A stretch of 64,000 nucleotides of DNA from Candidatus Woesearchaeota archaeon (GCA_018653365.1 JABIAG010000001.1:640001-704000); one strand, 5' to 3'. Counted from the stretch's first letter, positions 1-10,650 are shown. Numbers and translations: made by a program. The notes: generated from the sequence alone by a model not told the origin.

Positions 1-447
1 CTGCATCACAAACAGAGGAGAAGACTGATCAACCTGTCTAAACGTAGAATCACAAATACTAGAACCAATTTGAGGAATAACTTTAACCTCATAAACACTC
101 GAAATTTTCTGCGTATCAATCAGGAGATTCATAACACCCACTTCGTAAGGAAGGATGGTTTGAGAAATTCTTTCAGAATAACCCTCAGTGTAAGATTCAT
201 CAAATAGTTTAATCAAAAACCCATCAATCTGAAAATCACCATTATCCACAATAATTTTCAATTCGTTAGTGTTTTGATTATAATTAACTCTCTTTAAATC
301 ATAAGAAACTTCACTACAAGAAGCAGACAAAGGATCTGCTTGAGAAACATAATCTTGTCCAAGACTCATAACAATAGAACCTAAAGCAACAGAAACTGCA
401 ATAAGAAAAATAGTTGCAATCAACGGTGAAACTGCTCTCTCATTCAT
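1..447 (-). CDS. Archaeal type IV pilin/archaellin-like protein (runs off the window edge; not in ORF track)
   Basis: Manual translation from ATG at 447: MNERAVSPLIATIFLIAVSVALGSIVMSLG..., a class III signal peptide (RA/VSPLIAT plus hydrophobic helix). ATGA overlap with the stop of 444..641. Confidence 0.8.
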   Translation of the reverse strand, partial: MNERAVSPLIATIFLIAVSVALGSIVMSLGQDYVSQADPLSASCSEVSYDLKRVNYNQNTNELKIIVDNGDFQIDGFLIKLFDESYTEGYSERISQTILPYEVGVMNLLIDTQKISSVYEVKVIPQIGSSICDSTFRQVDQSSPLFVMQ

Positions 448-641
448 TTATGTCTTGCCTCCTCAAAAAATACTAAACATCCCACAAGGACGATTACTGA
501 AATAATTGCTTTACTAAAGCTAAAACCCCCTTCAACAGGAGCTGTCGCGTGACCGGTGTAAGCTCGTACAAGCAGCATACCTCCAAAAGCAATAACCAAA
601 GCAATCAGAGCGAATGCATAGTGATGCTTCACATGATCCAT
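444..641 (-). CDS. Small two-TM membrane protein
   Basis: 65 aa, two hydrophobic stretches, translationally coupled to the pilin. Confidence 0.6.
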   Translation of the reverse strand: MDHVKHHYAFALIALVIAFGGMLLVRAYTGHATAPVEGGFSFSKAIISVIVLVGCLVFFEEARHK

Positions 642-729
642 AAAAAAACAATTGCAGAGCTAATATATAAACTTTTTTAAAAGTTTACGTGCAAAATCAA
701 GTAAGAATATCAAATAAAAAAAATAAAAA

Positions 730-757
730 ATGCTCAGAAACATTTAGTTTCTGGCAC
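730..757 (-). terminator. Hairpin plus T-tract, copy 1 of an interspersed 28-bp element
   Basis: atgctcagaaa-catttag-tttctggcac; followed by a T-run on the - strand, downstream of 771..1127. Confidence 0.5.
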
Positions 758-770
758 GACCAAAGTCGAA

Positions 771-1127
771 TTATTTAGTTTTAGATAAGCGCCAAACATT
801 CTTAATACAAACTACAATCACTGCCGGAACAGTAAAAGCAAGCATTGCAGAAAATAGGTCAGCTAAAACAAATCCAACATATGCAACAGATCTTAGTAGA
901 GTAATGCTTAAAGAAGCAACAATTACTAAAACTACTGTTGTTAACAAAAACTCTCTTGTTTCTTTACCTGTAATGTTAACCATACCAACAACTATACCTA
1001 ACAAAATCAATAAAGAAGTTAGTGCTGTTTGTGTGCCTGTACTAAATTTTGCCGAACTAGCTATTCCTAAAATAATTGCTAAAAGAATACCTATAACGAA
1101 AGAATAATGTCCAAATCTTTTATCCAT
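771..1127 (-). CDS. Four-TM hypothetical membrane protein
   Basis: 118 aa, four hydrophobic helices; GGGGTGA RBS-like sequence upstream. Confidence 0.75.
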   Translation of the reverse strand: MDKRFGHYSFVIGILLAIILGIASSAKFSTGTQTALTSLLILLGIVVGMVNITGKETREFLLTTVVLVIVASLSITLLRSVAYVGFVLADLFSAMLAFTVPAVIVVCIKNVWRLSKTK

Positions 1128-1230
1128 TGTGTATCACCCCACTCATTATCAAAAGGCAACATATATAAATGTTTATAACTATGTTAAAGTAATAATACAA
1201 ATTTATAAATAAACGAGTGTAAGAAAAAAG

Positions 1231-2577
1231 ATGGGTGTTTTTAAAGATAAAGAATCTGCTTTTGGAGCGTATGACGTTAGAGGCATATATCCGACTCAAG
1301 TAAATGAATGGTTAGTGCAACAAATTGCAAACGCATTTCCATCCATTGTAAAAACAAAGAAAGTATTAGTTGGATACGATGCAAGAAATTCTTCAAAAGA
1401 TTTAGTAAACGCAACAATCGAAGGGCTTAGACTTACAGGAGTTGATGTTTATGACATCGGACTTTGTACCTCGCCCAAATTTTATTTTGCTTCTGCATTT
1501 TATAACTTCAAGGGAGGGATAATGATCACCGCATCCCACAACCCAAAAGACCAAAACGGAATGAAATTTGTAACAAGCAAAGCATTTCCACTCTCATTCA
1601 AGCAATTAAAAAAACTTGAAAGTAAAGTGAGAGAGAAATTAAGAATTACAAAAAAAAAGGGGCAACACATAAAACTAAATTCTGATGAAGAATATGAAAC
1701 ATTTCTAAACTCAAATTGCAAAATTAAACGCAAACTAAAAATTGTTATTGATGCAAGCAACGGACTTGGCGGAAAAGAGATAGAAAAAGCATTAAGTAAA
1801 CAAGACCTAATAAAATTAAACTTCAAACCTGATGGGAATTTTCCTGCACACACTCCAAACCCAATAAAAAAAGCGACCTTAAAAGAGTTAATAAAAACAG
1901 TTAAATCACGAAAAGCAGACCTTGGCCTGGCATTTGATGGAGATGCAGATAGAGTAGTATTTATTGACGAAACAGGGACGCCAATAAAGGGAGATTACAT
2001 AATGGCATTGTTTATTGATGAACTTGCTGAGAAAAAAGACAGGATAGTTGTAGATTTACGATTAAGCAAGATACTAGAAGAACTTGCTAAAACAAAAAAA
2101 GCCAAAATAGTTAGAAGCCGAGTTGGACACACCTTCTTAAGTAGAATAATGCGAAAGAAAAAAGCACTATTAGGCGGAGAACTATCAGGGCACTACTATT
2201 TTAGAGAAAACTACTATGCTGACTCAGCACTCCTAACCACATTAAAAGTATTAAACATCCTATCTAAAAATAAAAAACCCCTCTCTTTACTAGTGAAAAA
2301 ATTTCAAAAAACATTCCTTTCAGATGAAATTAACTTCGAGGTAGAAGATAAAGAAAAAGTGCTGAAAAAGTTTAAACAATTTGAAGGAAAGAAAAACTAT
2401 CTAGATGGAGTAAGCGTAGTTTGTGAAGATTATAGATTTAATGTTAGAAAATCAAACACCCAAAACTTAATTAGATTCAGAGGGGAAGCAGAAAGTATGG
2501 CCGAACTTAAAGAGACAATAAATAAAGTAAAAAAAACAGTTGGTGTTTCGTATAAAAAAATCAGTTATCACTTTTAA
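1231..2577 (+). CDS. Phosphomannomutase/phosphoglucomutase
   Basis: YDVRG, ITASHNP (phosphoserine), FDGDADR metal loop, GGELSGH. Confidence 0.95.
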   Translation: MGVFKDKESAFGAYDVRGIYPTQVNEWLVQQIANAFPSIVKTKKVLVGYDARNSSKDLVNATIEGLRLTGVDVYDIGLCTSPKFYFASAFYNFKGGIMITASHNPKDQNGMKFVTSKAFPLSFKQLKKLESKVREKLRITKKKGQHIKLNSDEEYETFLNSNCKIKRKLKIVIDASNGLGGKEIEKALSKQDLIKLNFKPDGNFPAHTPNPIKKATLKELIKTVKSRKADLGLAFDGDADRVVFIDETGTPIKGDYIMALFIDELAEKKDRIVVDLRLSKILEELAKTKKAKIVRSRVGHTFLSRIMRKKKALLGGELSGHYYFRENYYADSALLTTLKVLNILSKNKKPLSLLVKKFQKTFLSDEINFEVEDKEKVLKKFKQFEGKKNYLDGVSVVCEDYRFNVRKSNTQNLIRFRGEAESMAELKETINKVKKTVGVSYKKISYHF

Positions 2578-2630
2578 TAATTGCTGCACAAACCATAAAA
2601 ACATAAAAAGCAACCAATCAATTTTTAATC

Positions 2631-3866
2631 ATGTACATAGCAGACTTACATATACACGGAAGATTTTCTAGAGGTACTTCAAAAGATCTAACAATAAAAA
2701 ATCTAGAAAAATATGCAAGACTAAAAGGTACAGACCTACTTGGAACAGGGGACTTTACTCATCCTGAATGGATAGAAGAAATAAAAGCAGACCTAACAGA
2801 ACAAGGAAACGGAATTCTTGAAACAAAAACAGGTTACCCCTTCCTACTAACAAGTGAGATAGCGCTAGTTTATACAGACGAAGGCAAGGGGAGACGAGTA
2901 CACAACATAATTCTTGCACCAGATCTTGGAACAGTAGAACAGATAACTGAATGGTTAAAATCAAAAGGAAGAATAGACTATGATGGCAGGCCCATCTTCA
3001 AAATTCCTTGTGAAGAATTCGTTGAAAAATTAACAGAAATAAATCCAAAAGTTGAGGTAATACCTGCACACATTTGGACCCCCTGGTTCAGCATGTTTGG
3101 ATCAAAATCAGGATTTGATACTGTAAAAGAATGTTTTAAAGATCAAACACACAAAATACATGCAATAGAAACAGGCCTGAGTAGCGATCCACAAATGAAC
3201 TGGAGACTAAGCCAACTAGACAAGTACACCAAAGTTAGTTTTTCCGACCTACATAGTTTTTGGCCCTGGAGAATGGGAAGAGAGGCAACATTATTCAACG
3301 GAGAAAAGAGTTATGATTCGATTTTGACACAACTAAAAGAAAACTCAATTCAGGGAACAATAGAGGTTGAACCTGCATATGGAAAATATCATTACGATGG
3401 ACACAGAAATTGTAATGTAGTAATGTCCCCAAAAGAGAGTCAAAACGCAGGCGGGCTTTGTCCGAAATGTGGAAAACAACTAACAATTGGGGTAGAATAC
3501 CGAGTAGAAGAATTAGCTGATCGTGAAGAAGGATACGTTCCAAAAGATGCTCCTGAAGTTTTCAAACTAATCCCCTTATCTGAATTAATCTCTGCAGTTT
3601 ACAAAAAAGGAGTTGCAACCAAAACAGTTTGGGAAGTCTACAACTCCTTTGTTAAAGACAAAACAGAATTTGAAATATTATTAAATGAACCCTTTGAAGA
3701 ACTTGCAAAAATAGATGCAAAATTAGCTAAAGCAATCATAATGAACAGAGAGGGAAAAATAAGAGTTAAACCAGGATATGATGGAGTTTATGGTGAACCC
3801 TTATTTAATGGAGAAAAAATTAAACTAACAAAAGCACAAGAGAAACAAGAAAAATTAAATTGTTAA
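2631..3866 (+). CDS. Endonuclease Q family PHP-domain protein
   Basis: ADLHIHGRFS, GTGDFTHP, IPAHIWTPW, SDLHS, GKYHYDGHRNC...CPKC zinc motif, PGYDGVYG. Confidence 0.85.
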   Translation: MYIADLHIHGRFSRGTSKDLTIKNLEKYARLKGTDLLGTGDFTHPEWIEEIKADLTEQGNGILETKTGYPFLLTSEIALVYTDEGKGRRVHNIILAPDLGTVEQITEWLKSKGRIDYDGRPIFKIPCEEFVEKLTEINPKVEVIPAHIWTPWFSMFGSKSGFDTVKECFKDQTHKIHAIETGLSSDPQMNWRLSQLDKYTKVSFSDLHSFWPWRMGREATLFNGEKSYDSILTQLKENSIQGTIEVEPAYGKYHYDGHRNCNVVMSPKESQNAGGLCPKCGKQLTIGVEYRVEELADREEGYVPKDAPEVFKLIPLSELISAVYKKGVATKTVWEVYNSFVKDKTEFEILLNEPFEELAKIDAKLAKAIIMNREGKIRVKPGYDGVYGEPLFNGEKIKLTKAQEKQEKLNC

Positions 3867-3996
3867 AAAAGTAAAAAAGTTTATACCGTCTCATTGCATT
3901 CATAGAATAAATTTTTTACCAAAAATTTATACGCCATCACTGACGTTCTGTGCCTAAACTTTTAAAAAAGTTTATAAACTATAAATTCTAAAATAT

Positions 3997-4296
3997 ATGA
4001 TGGTAAACAAAAAAAATCCACTAAGCAGCTTAATTTCTGACATGGTAAATGAAGCCATAATAAGTTTTGTAGGTACAATAAGAACCCAGGTACTAAAACC
4101 GTTTCCAAACCTAATCAAAAAAATATCAAAAAAAGTAATGCAAAAATATGTTATAATGGCTGTATTCGGACTAGCAGGAATACTCCTAATCGGATTCGGA
4201 ATTGCAGAATACCTATATCAATGGCTCTATGAATGGGCATACATACTAATTGGTTTACTACTCATACTAATTGGGTACTTACAATTTAAGAGGTGA
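3997..4296 (+). CDS. Hypothetical membrane protein
   Basis: 99 aa, two C-terminal TM helices; TATA-like tttataaa upstream. Confidence 0.65.
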   Translation: MMVNKKNPLSSLISDMVNEAIISFVGTIRTQVLKPFPNLIKKISKKVMQKYVIMAVFGLAGILLIGFGIAEYLYQWLYEWAYILIGLLLILIGYLQFKR

Positions 4297-4299
4297 AAA

Positions 4300-4440
4300 A
4301 TGGCAAAGAAAAAAGCAACAAAAGGTGCAGTAAAAAAAGTAATGCAAAGTAAAGCAGCTCAAGACCTAATTAAAAAAGAGAGAGCAATAATTGGTGATCT
4401 GCTAGTAGAACTTGGAAAAGCACTAAAGAAAAAGAAATAA
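4300..4440 (+). CDS. Small basic protein, 46 aa (not in ORF track)
   Basis: MAKKKATKGAVKKVMQSKAAQDLIKKERAIIGDLLVELGKALKKKK*, preceded by GAGGTGA RBS overlapping the previous stop. Confidence 0.6.
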   Translation: MAKKKATKGAVKKVMQSKAAQDLIKKERAIIGDLLVELGKALKKKK

Positions 4441-4818
4441 TTATTTTATAATCAATCTTCCTTTATTTTGTTCTTTTATTAAACCATACTCAAAGGTTCC
4501 TTCTTTGGTTGCTTTAAAATAAAAGTTAGCGCGTCCATTAACCAAACGCTCCTCACCATAACCTTCTACCAAAAAAACATCAGTTCGATTATCATGATCA
4601 AAAACATTCAAAATAACAATAGAGTTCTGTGGAATATTAAGTGAATCAGGATTGATCACACCACTATTTAATTCAACAGTAAACTCACTAGCATAAACTG
4701 CATCAGAAGAAACAATGTTTCCAGTGATTCCACTAGTTGTAGTCTGACCCTCAGATGAACATCCAACTAACAAAAGAATTGGTAATAATATCAATAAATA
4801 CTTCATTTTGTCCCCCAT
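4441..4818 (-). CDS. Predicted lipoprotein with a cupredoxin-like beta domain
   Basis: Signal peptide with lipobox LLLVGC; C-terminal F-KATKEGTFEY...GRLII pattern lacking obvious copper ligands. Confidence 0.6.
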   Translation of the reverse strand: MGDKMKYLLILLPILLLVGCSSEGQTTTSGITGNIVSSDAVYASEFTVELNSGVINPDSLNIPQNSIVILNVFDHDNRTDVFLVEGYGEERLVNGRANFYFKATKEGTFEYGLIKEQNKGRLIIK

Positions 4819-4859
4819 ACTTAATGTAAATAATTAGATTTTATAAAGATTATTATACT

Positions 4860-5183
4860 TTACTGTATTTCGACCTTTTTCAATCTCATACCAGTAGCTT
4901 GAACAGAAACATACTTACATTCACCACACTCATACCTAAAGTCAGTTTTTTTAGTTAACTTCTTACCCGTCATTTTAAACTTAGTAATAGCTTTACGTGA
5001 GAATCGTCCTCGGTTTCCCATTCCAATACCAACACCTCTATTACGCAGGCTCTGTCTTTTACGACTTCCCCAGGTTTGGTGATGAGTAGCATTCAAACCC
5101 TTTCTTTTAGCCTGAGATACCTTATGTGGAGTGTGTTTTTTACACTTTGGACATAATCTTTTCATCTGTTTAGGTACTTTCAT
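4860..5183 (-). CDS. rpl44e: 50S ribosomal protein L44e
   Basis: MKVPK...CPKCKKHTPH...TKKTDFRYECGEC; adjacent to GINS, as in the conserved archaeal cluster. Confidence 0.9.
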   Translation of the reverse strand: MKVPKQMKRLCPKCKKHTPHKVSQAKRKGLNATHHQTWGSRKRQSLRNRGVGIGMGNRGRFSRKAITKFKMTGKKLTKKTDFRYECGECKYVSVQATGMRLKKVEIQ

Positions 5184-5218
5184 AGGTTAAAGAATTTATG
5201 GATGGTTTATAAAGGTTT

Positions 5219-5842
5219 TTATTCAACAACCTCGACGCAACCTCGTTTAATAAGAATATCTGCAACTTTTTTAGGAAAAGTGCCCATATCGTCCTTAACA
5301 AAAGGTCCCAACATTTCCATATCTGGAGAGGCAAACTCTGGAGTGTCTTCAACAAATTTAAGATTTAACTCTTTTACTTCCTCTTTAGGTTCAGCATCAA
5401 CACTAACCGTGGGCATCTCAGCATTCAACAACTTCATCAAAATATCTTGCCTACTAACATCGAGAGTCTTAACCAAAGAATCATATAGTAATCTTTCCTC
5501 TTTTAACAAAGTAGTTTCATCAATTAATGGAGATTGAGTTCGAGATTTATTCATTGCCATCTCAATAACCTTCTTCTCCCTCTGCTCATAAAGATCTCTT
5601 AAAATCTTTTTAATATTAAATAATTGTTTCTCAGCGCTAAGCTTTTCCTCCTCAGCAAACAAGGTACTCTGATCAGTATTAGCATCAAGAATTGCTTTCT
5701 TCTTAACAAGATAAGAAATAACATTCATCAAAAAAGAGTCATCTAACAATTGTAACTCTCCCCGATTCTTTTCTCGTCTAAAGATTTCAAAAAGAGTCTC
5801 ATAAGTTATGACTACTTCGTCTTCTTTTTTTTCATCCCCCAT
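5219..5842 (-). CDS. GINS15/51-like DNA replication protein
   Basis: ITYETL...EK..ELQ.L..F helical A domain, REKKV, C-terminal B domain (GPF..DD...P...A..LI.RG); precedes rpl44e. Confidence 0.75.
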   Translation of the reverse strand: MGDEKKEDEVVITYETLFEIFRREKNRGELQLLDDSFLMNVISYLVKKKAILDANTDQSTLFAEEEKLSAEKQLFNIKKILRDLYEQREKKVIEMAMNKSRTQSPLIDETTLLKEERLLYDSLVKTLDVSRQDILMKLLNAEMPTVSVDAEPKEEVKELNLKFVEDTPEFASPDMEMLGPFVKDDMGTFPKKVADILIKRGCVEVVE

Positions 5843-5931
5843 ACCGAAACGAAGAAGAAGGGAATATTTAAAGTTTTACATTCTTGAAACTGAGGAAAAG
5901 TTTTATAAACATTCAATCCCCATTTAATCAT

Positions 5932-7122
5932 ATGCAATTTGAATATGAAGACATAAAATTCAAACAAGAAAAAGAGGGTGTAAATGCAATATTCTTAGAA
6001 ATCTTCAGCTTTAAGATTAAGAATGAAGAATTAGAACGGTTAGGAACGTATTCAGTAAACAAAGGCAAAATAGTCTTTAAAACAAACATTAATGAAAGAA
6101 AGTTTGGCGAACTAATCAACAAAGGGTTTAACTCACTAACTAATCTAACAAATGGCAAACCTACAACATACATTCACAAGAACTCAGGCATTCCACTAAT
6201 GGGCAACGTCTCATTTGGTATAATTGACCGCGGAACCAACATACTAGAAATAAAACCAATCACATCATGTAATCTGGACTGTGTATTTTGTTCGGTAGAT
6301 GAAAATAGAAGGATAAGAGACTTTGTAGTTGAAGCAGACTACTTAATCGAAGAAATCAACAAACTAATTGCTTACAAAGAGTGCAATGAGATGGAAATAC
6401 ATGTAGGTTGCCAGGGAGAGCCCCTACGTTATTCCAAACTAACATATTTAATAAAAAAGCTACGTCACAACAAAGCAATAAAACGTGTCTCAATGGACAC
6501 AAATGCGACCTTTCTGACAGAAAACAAAATAGATGAACTAATCAATGCAGGATTTACACGATTAAACATATCACTAAACGCAATTGATCCCGTATTAGCT
6601 ACTAAAATGGCAGGCAAACCATACCAAGTAACAAACATATTGAATGCGATCAAGTATGTCGCAAGTAAAAACATAGAGGTAGTTGTGGCCCCAGTAATAG
6701 TAAAAGGACTAAATGATGAAGAATTGGAGAATATTGTAAAATTTGCTAAAAACCTAAATAAAAAACAAAAAGCACCCCTATTAGGGGTACAAAAATATCT
6801 TTACTATCCAAAAGGCAAAAAATTGAAAGAAGAAGAATGGGACCCGTTCTTTGAACGCCTAAAAAGATTAGAAAAAAAACATACAATCAGACTAATATTG
6901 AAAGAAACAGATTTTAGTGTAATTAAGACAAAAGAACTCCCAAAACCATTCAAGAAAAAAGAAATAATCGAGGCAGAAGTTAAATGTGAAGGAAGATTAA
7001 AAAATGAAAAGATTGCGGTCGCTCAAAACAGAACAATATCATTCACAGGACCTGCTAAAAGCAAAGCAAAACTCAAAATAACAAGAATAAAACATAATAT
7101 TTACAAAGCATCAATTAACTAA
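5932..7122 (+). CDS. Archaeal radical SAM protein with C-terminal TRAM-like domain (COG2100-like)
   Basis: FGIIDRGTN, CNLDCVFC, QGEP; start moved to ATG 5932, about 25 bp after the TATA box. Confidence 0.85.
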   Translation: MQFEYEDIKFKQEKEGVNAIFLEIFSFKIKNEELERLGTYSVNKGKIVFKTNINERKFGELINKGFNSLTNLTNGKPTTYIHKNSGIPLMGNVSFGIIDRGTNILEIKPITSCNLDCVFCSVDENRRIRDFVVEADYLIEEINKLIAYKECNEMEIHVGCQGEPLRYSKLTYLIKKLRHNKAIKRVSMDTNATFLTENKIDELINAGFTRLNISLNAIDPVLATKMAGKPYQVTNILNAIKYVASKNIEVVVAPVIVKGLNDEELENIVKFAKNLNKKQKAPLLGVQKYLYYPKGKKLKEEEWDPFFERLKRLEKKHTIRLILKETDFSVIKTKELPKPFKKKEIIEAEVKCEGRLKNEKIAVAQNRTISFTGPAKSKAKLKITRIKHNIYKASIN

Positions 7123-7644
7123 GATTTCTTTCTGCTGAGCAAAAAAGACTTCCATAAAATCTGACAAAGGCAAGGCATAATCATAGTAATTTGCAATAAC
7201 TCTCGAAGCTCTACGCGTATCCATTGCAGAATAACCTGCAACAACAACAGAAAACCTATTCTCAAACTCATAAAGCTTGATCATTCCAGTATTTGGAGGT
7301 ATGGCATCTGAACAAGAAGGAGGAAAACCCATGATCTCAGCAGTAACCCCATTAGCACAAGGTCCTCCAACAGAAATTAAGTTCTCACTAGTAAAATCTT
7401 CCACCTCAGAAGCAAGAACTGCCCTCAGCCCATGAAAAGACTGATTAGTAGTTGGATTGTACTGTAAAGACGTAGCTATCTCAATAGCACCAATAGTATC
7501 AGAAGCAATAGCAGTGTCTCCCACCACAATCTTCACATTTAATGTATTCCCATTAACAAAAAAGTCAGGATAATCCCTCAAAGTAAAAGATAAAACTGAA
7601 GGCACCATTACAAGTATCAATAATAAAACAATGAACTTTTTCAT
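7111..7644 (-). CDS. Short S-layer-related secreted protein
   Basis: Signal peptide; DYP..F...IVVGD.A.ASDTIGAIEIA and VGGPCAN...GY.AMDTRRASRV.ANY motifs shared with the adjacent S-layer protein. Confidence 0.8.
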   Translation of the reverse strand: MKKFIVLLLILVMVPSVLSFTLRDYPDFFVNGNTLNVKIVVGDTAIASDTIGAIEIATSLQYNPTTNQSFHGLRAVLASEVEDFTSENLISVGGPCANGVTAEIMGFPPSCSDAIPPNTGMIKLYEFENRFSVVVAGYSAMDTRRASRVIANYYDYALPLSDFMEVFFAQQKEILVN

Positions 7645-7728
7645 AGTAATACTGAGAAAGAGGTAGTTTATAATTTTTTTGCTTTAGAAGTATAATAAAA
7701 AAAAAGAAAAAAAGAAAAGGTTTTACCC

Positions 7729-10146
7729 TTATTCTACGGTTGCCACAACAATATTGCTAAAGTCTGTTCCAGAAACAACAACTTCATCACCCATTAGGTC
7801 ATAATCGTTGTAATTTGCAAGAACTCTTGAAGCTCTTCGTGTGTCGATTGCGTCGTATCCGTTAACTAACATAGCAACATAGTCACCATATTCTTTCAGT
7901 TTCACAACTGCGGTGTTAGCTTCTGGTGCTCCTTCAGAACATGTTGCTGAAGTAACTCCTAGGAATTCAGCTGCTTTTTCGTTAGCACATGGTCCACCTA
8001 CTATGATAGAATTTTGTGCTGACAAACTATCCACTTCGGATGCTAGTTTAGCTGTTCCAACTGCAATCTTTTTATCTGCTCCACCCATTCCGCCACCAAG
8101 AACTGATGCTCCTACTGGAGAAACGAATACATTAGCATATAATTCCTTTTCAGGGAACAATGCTTTAGCAGATCTTTTGTTTTCATTGTCGTAGTCAACT
8201 CTTGTACCGTAATTAGTGTAGTACACTTGGTCGTTGTTACTATCTGCAACCTTATCAACAGCAGCGTAAGATGCTTGTCTTAGGGTTGGGGTTTTGATGT
8301 TTAACTCGTCATCAGAGGTATCAACATACACGATGAATTCTATCTCGTCTCTTGGATCTTCTGTTCCAGTAGATGAGTCAACTTCACCTTCACTTTCGTT
8401 AATACTAATTGTTAAATTAGATATAACTCCAGCAGCGCCGGTTGTATTCTCTGTGGTTCCGTTTAAACCTATTCCAGTTAGTTCAACATATCCTTCGTAT
8501 TCAGTATACATAACTTCATCTACGTCAACAACAACACTTCCTGCAACTGCACTGAAATTAATCCAGTAACTGTCAGGTTCTACTGCTAGATTTACGGTAG
8601 GACCGCCTGCAGGTAAATTCATAGCAACAAAGTCACCATTAATTGAATTACTTGTTGTTTTTGAACCGCCGTATGTAACGTCTTTCAAAGTTGTTTTGTT
8701 GTCACTTAGGTCTATGTCATCAACTTCAATAACGTGAAGTTCTTTTCCTTCAATTACAAGGAATCGAGCTCCTTCACAATCAGTTACAGCACCAGATCCC
8801 AGACATACTCCGCCTGCAAAATAGTATCTATCTTCTGCATCAACAGATGTTCCGAAGAAAAGTGCATCATCCAAAGAATCACAATTTCCTTCACAGAAGA
8901 ACGGTAAACTTATTGCTTTTCCGTCTATGTTGTTAAATTTCAAGGTCAAATCATCTCCTGAAATACCCATATCAATTTCTGTGGTTTTTGCCACAATATT
9001 AGCAAACTTAATTTCGAAGTTTCCTAAAACAGGGTCTGCCATACTTTCGCCTTCAGCTAGATAAACTTTATCTTCTGGTGAGTACCAGATGCTCATAGAC
9101 TCAAGTTGACTTTCACTAGATTCTTTGTATTGAACTTCGGATCCGTCAATTTTTTTACCATTGATGTTAACCTTTTTGTTTTGTTCTAAAACAATTTCGG
9201 TTGCTCCCAAGTTTACTTCACAAACGTCTGTGTCTTTTGTATCTGAGTGTACAACAATTGCGTCGGTAACTCCGATTTCAACACCATTAACTTTTTTGGA
9301 TGATCCTTTATCAACCCATTGAAGTGTAGCATCAACCATGATTCCACATTTATCTTCATTTTCGTTAACGTCTACAAGTTCAACTTCATGTTCTTCTCCA
9401 CCAACAATTCTTGTTATTGGAGTTCCTTGTTCAAGCCAAACAGTTGTGTCGCCAGCTTGCATGGTTAACTTATCGATTTTTCCTGTAGAACTAACTTTTG
9501 CAGCAGTTATTGTGTACAAGTTTCCTTGTATTTCAATTTTTGCTGTTTCTAAATCAGCATTTGTTGTTGTTTGGGATGTATTATCGAATTCCATGTAGTC
9601 ATCAAATTCCAAAGTATAATTGTACATTGGGAAATTATTTGATCTACTGAATACCATATATAATCCACCATTTGCAGCATCGTCGTCATCTTGAGCAAGT
9701 TGTAGCTCTCCTGTTCCGTCGATAAAAGCAATTTCTTGTGTGTAGGATTCATCGTTGTCAGTATTACCTTCACTTTCTTCGAAAACTCCGTTTCCAAGAA
9801 CTGTTGGTAAATCATCTCCGTCTAATGAGGTATCAACATCATAAATACTTTCATTTATGTTTAATTGATCTCCAGATGCTGAAATAGCAACTCCATCATC
9901 AACAGAAACTTCTGATGCTCCGCCACTATATTGTAGACCTGTTGCAATATCAATTGCGCCAAGTGTGTCGGCAGCTATAGCATTATCTCCTAATACTATT
10001 GAACCTTGGAACTCTCCTCCGTTAATAAATAGCGGACTTGGGTAGTCACTTAGGTCAGCAGCCATTGCACCTAGAACTGTAGCTCCTAGCATGGAAGCCC
10101 CTATTCCCAATGCAATCATTTTTTTTATTGTTTTTTTCACTTTCAT
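7729..10146 (-). CDS. S-layer protein
   Basis: 805 aa, acidic; signal peptide MKVKKTIKKMIALGIGASMLGAT; ADLSDYP N-terminus and VGGPCAN C-terminus typical of Methanococcales/DPANN-type S-layer proteins; strong GGAGGTG RBS. Confidence 0.9.
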   Translation of the reverse strand: MKVKKTIKKMIALGIGASMLGATVLGAMAADLSDYPSPLFINGGEFQGSIVLGDNAIAADTLGAIDIATGLQYSGGASEVSVDDGVAISASGDQLNINESIYDVDTSLDGDDLPTVLGNGVFEESEGNTDNDESYTQEIAFIDGTGELQLAQDDDDAANGGLYMVFSRSNNFPMYNYTLEFDDYMEFDNTSQTTTNADLETAKIEIQGNLYTITAAKVSSTGKIDKLTMQAGDTTVWLEQGTPITRIVGGEEHEVELVDVNENEDKCGIMVDATLQWVDKGSSKKVNGVEIGVTDAIVVHSDTKDTDVCEVNLGATEIVLEQNKKVNINGKKIDGSEVQYKESSESQLESMSIWYSPEDKVYLAEGESMADPVLGNFEIKFANIVAKTTEIDMGISGDDLTLKFNNIDGKAISLPFFCEGNCDSLDDALFFGTSVDAEDRYYFAGGVCLGSGAVTDCEGARFLVIEGKELHVIEVDDIDLSDNKTTLKDVTYGGSKTTSNSINGDFVAMNLPAGGPTVNLAVEPDSYWINFSAVAGSVVVDVDEVMYTEYEGYVELTGIGLNGTTENTTGAAGVISNLTISINESEGEVDSSTGTEDPRDEIEFIVYVDTSDDELNIKTPTLRQASYAAVDKVADSNNDQVYYTNYGTRVDYDNENKRSAKALFPEKELYANVFVSPVGASVLGGGMGGADKKIAVGTAKLASEVDSLSAQNSIIVGGPCANEKAAEFLGVTSATCSEGAPEANTAVVKLKEYGDYVAMLVNGYDAIDTRRASRVLANYNDYDLMGDEVVVSGTDFSNIVVATVE

Positions 10147-10650
10147 CTAAACACCTCCGTGTTTGATTTTAATGCCTTTATCGGCTTTGTTTTATCACCT
10201 GAAACCAACACCATATTTAAAGATTGTGGCGTAAATACCTATACACTCACAATTCTTCTATGACGAAGTTTCAAGTATTTCACTAAGGTCTAAATAATCA
10301 TTTATAAGCTTTTCGCAACTTTTTGTGCGATGTTGGTGAAATCATACTGGAGAGCGCCCGTAGTGGCCGAATTCGAAAAAAAGACACATTCATCACTCAA
10401 AAATAGTACAACGAAGGAGGTGTGTTTTTTGAAGTTTATTTAAAAAGAGACAGTATTTGTTTTATAAATAAACTGATATTGAAAGCAACATCTTAACTCT
10501 TAAACTGAAAACATCCAAATAAACTAAAAAAACCAACCCCAAAATTCATACTATATAATATAGTATAAGTGAAGTTGGCATAAAAATAAACATGGTTGAC
10601 ACCCAAAAGTTCTCGCTTCGCTTGAACACAAAAAATTAGAAAATAATAAA

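Noticed and set aside
10345-10432. GC-richer segment upstream of the S-layer gene as an ncRNA or tRNA remnant
   Set aside because: No cloverleaf or recognisable RNA family; only weak pairing.
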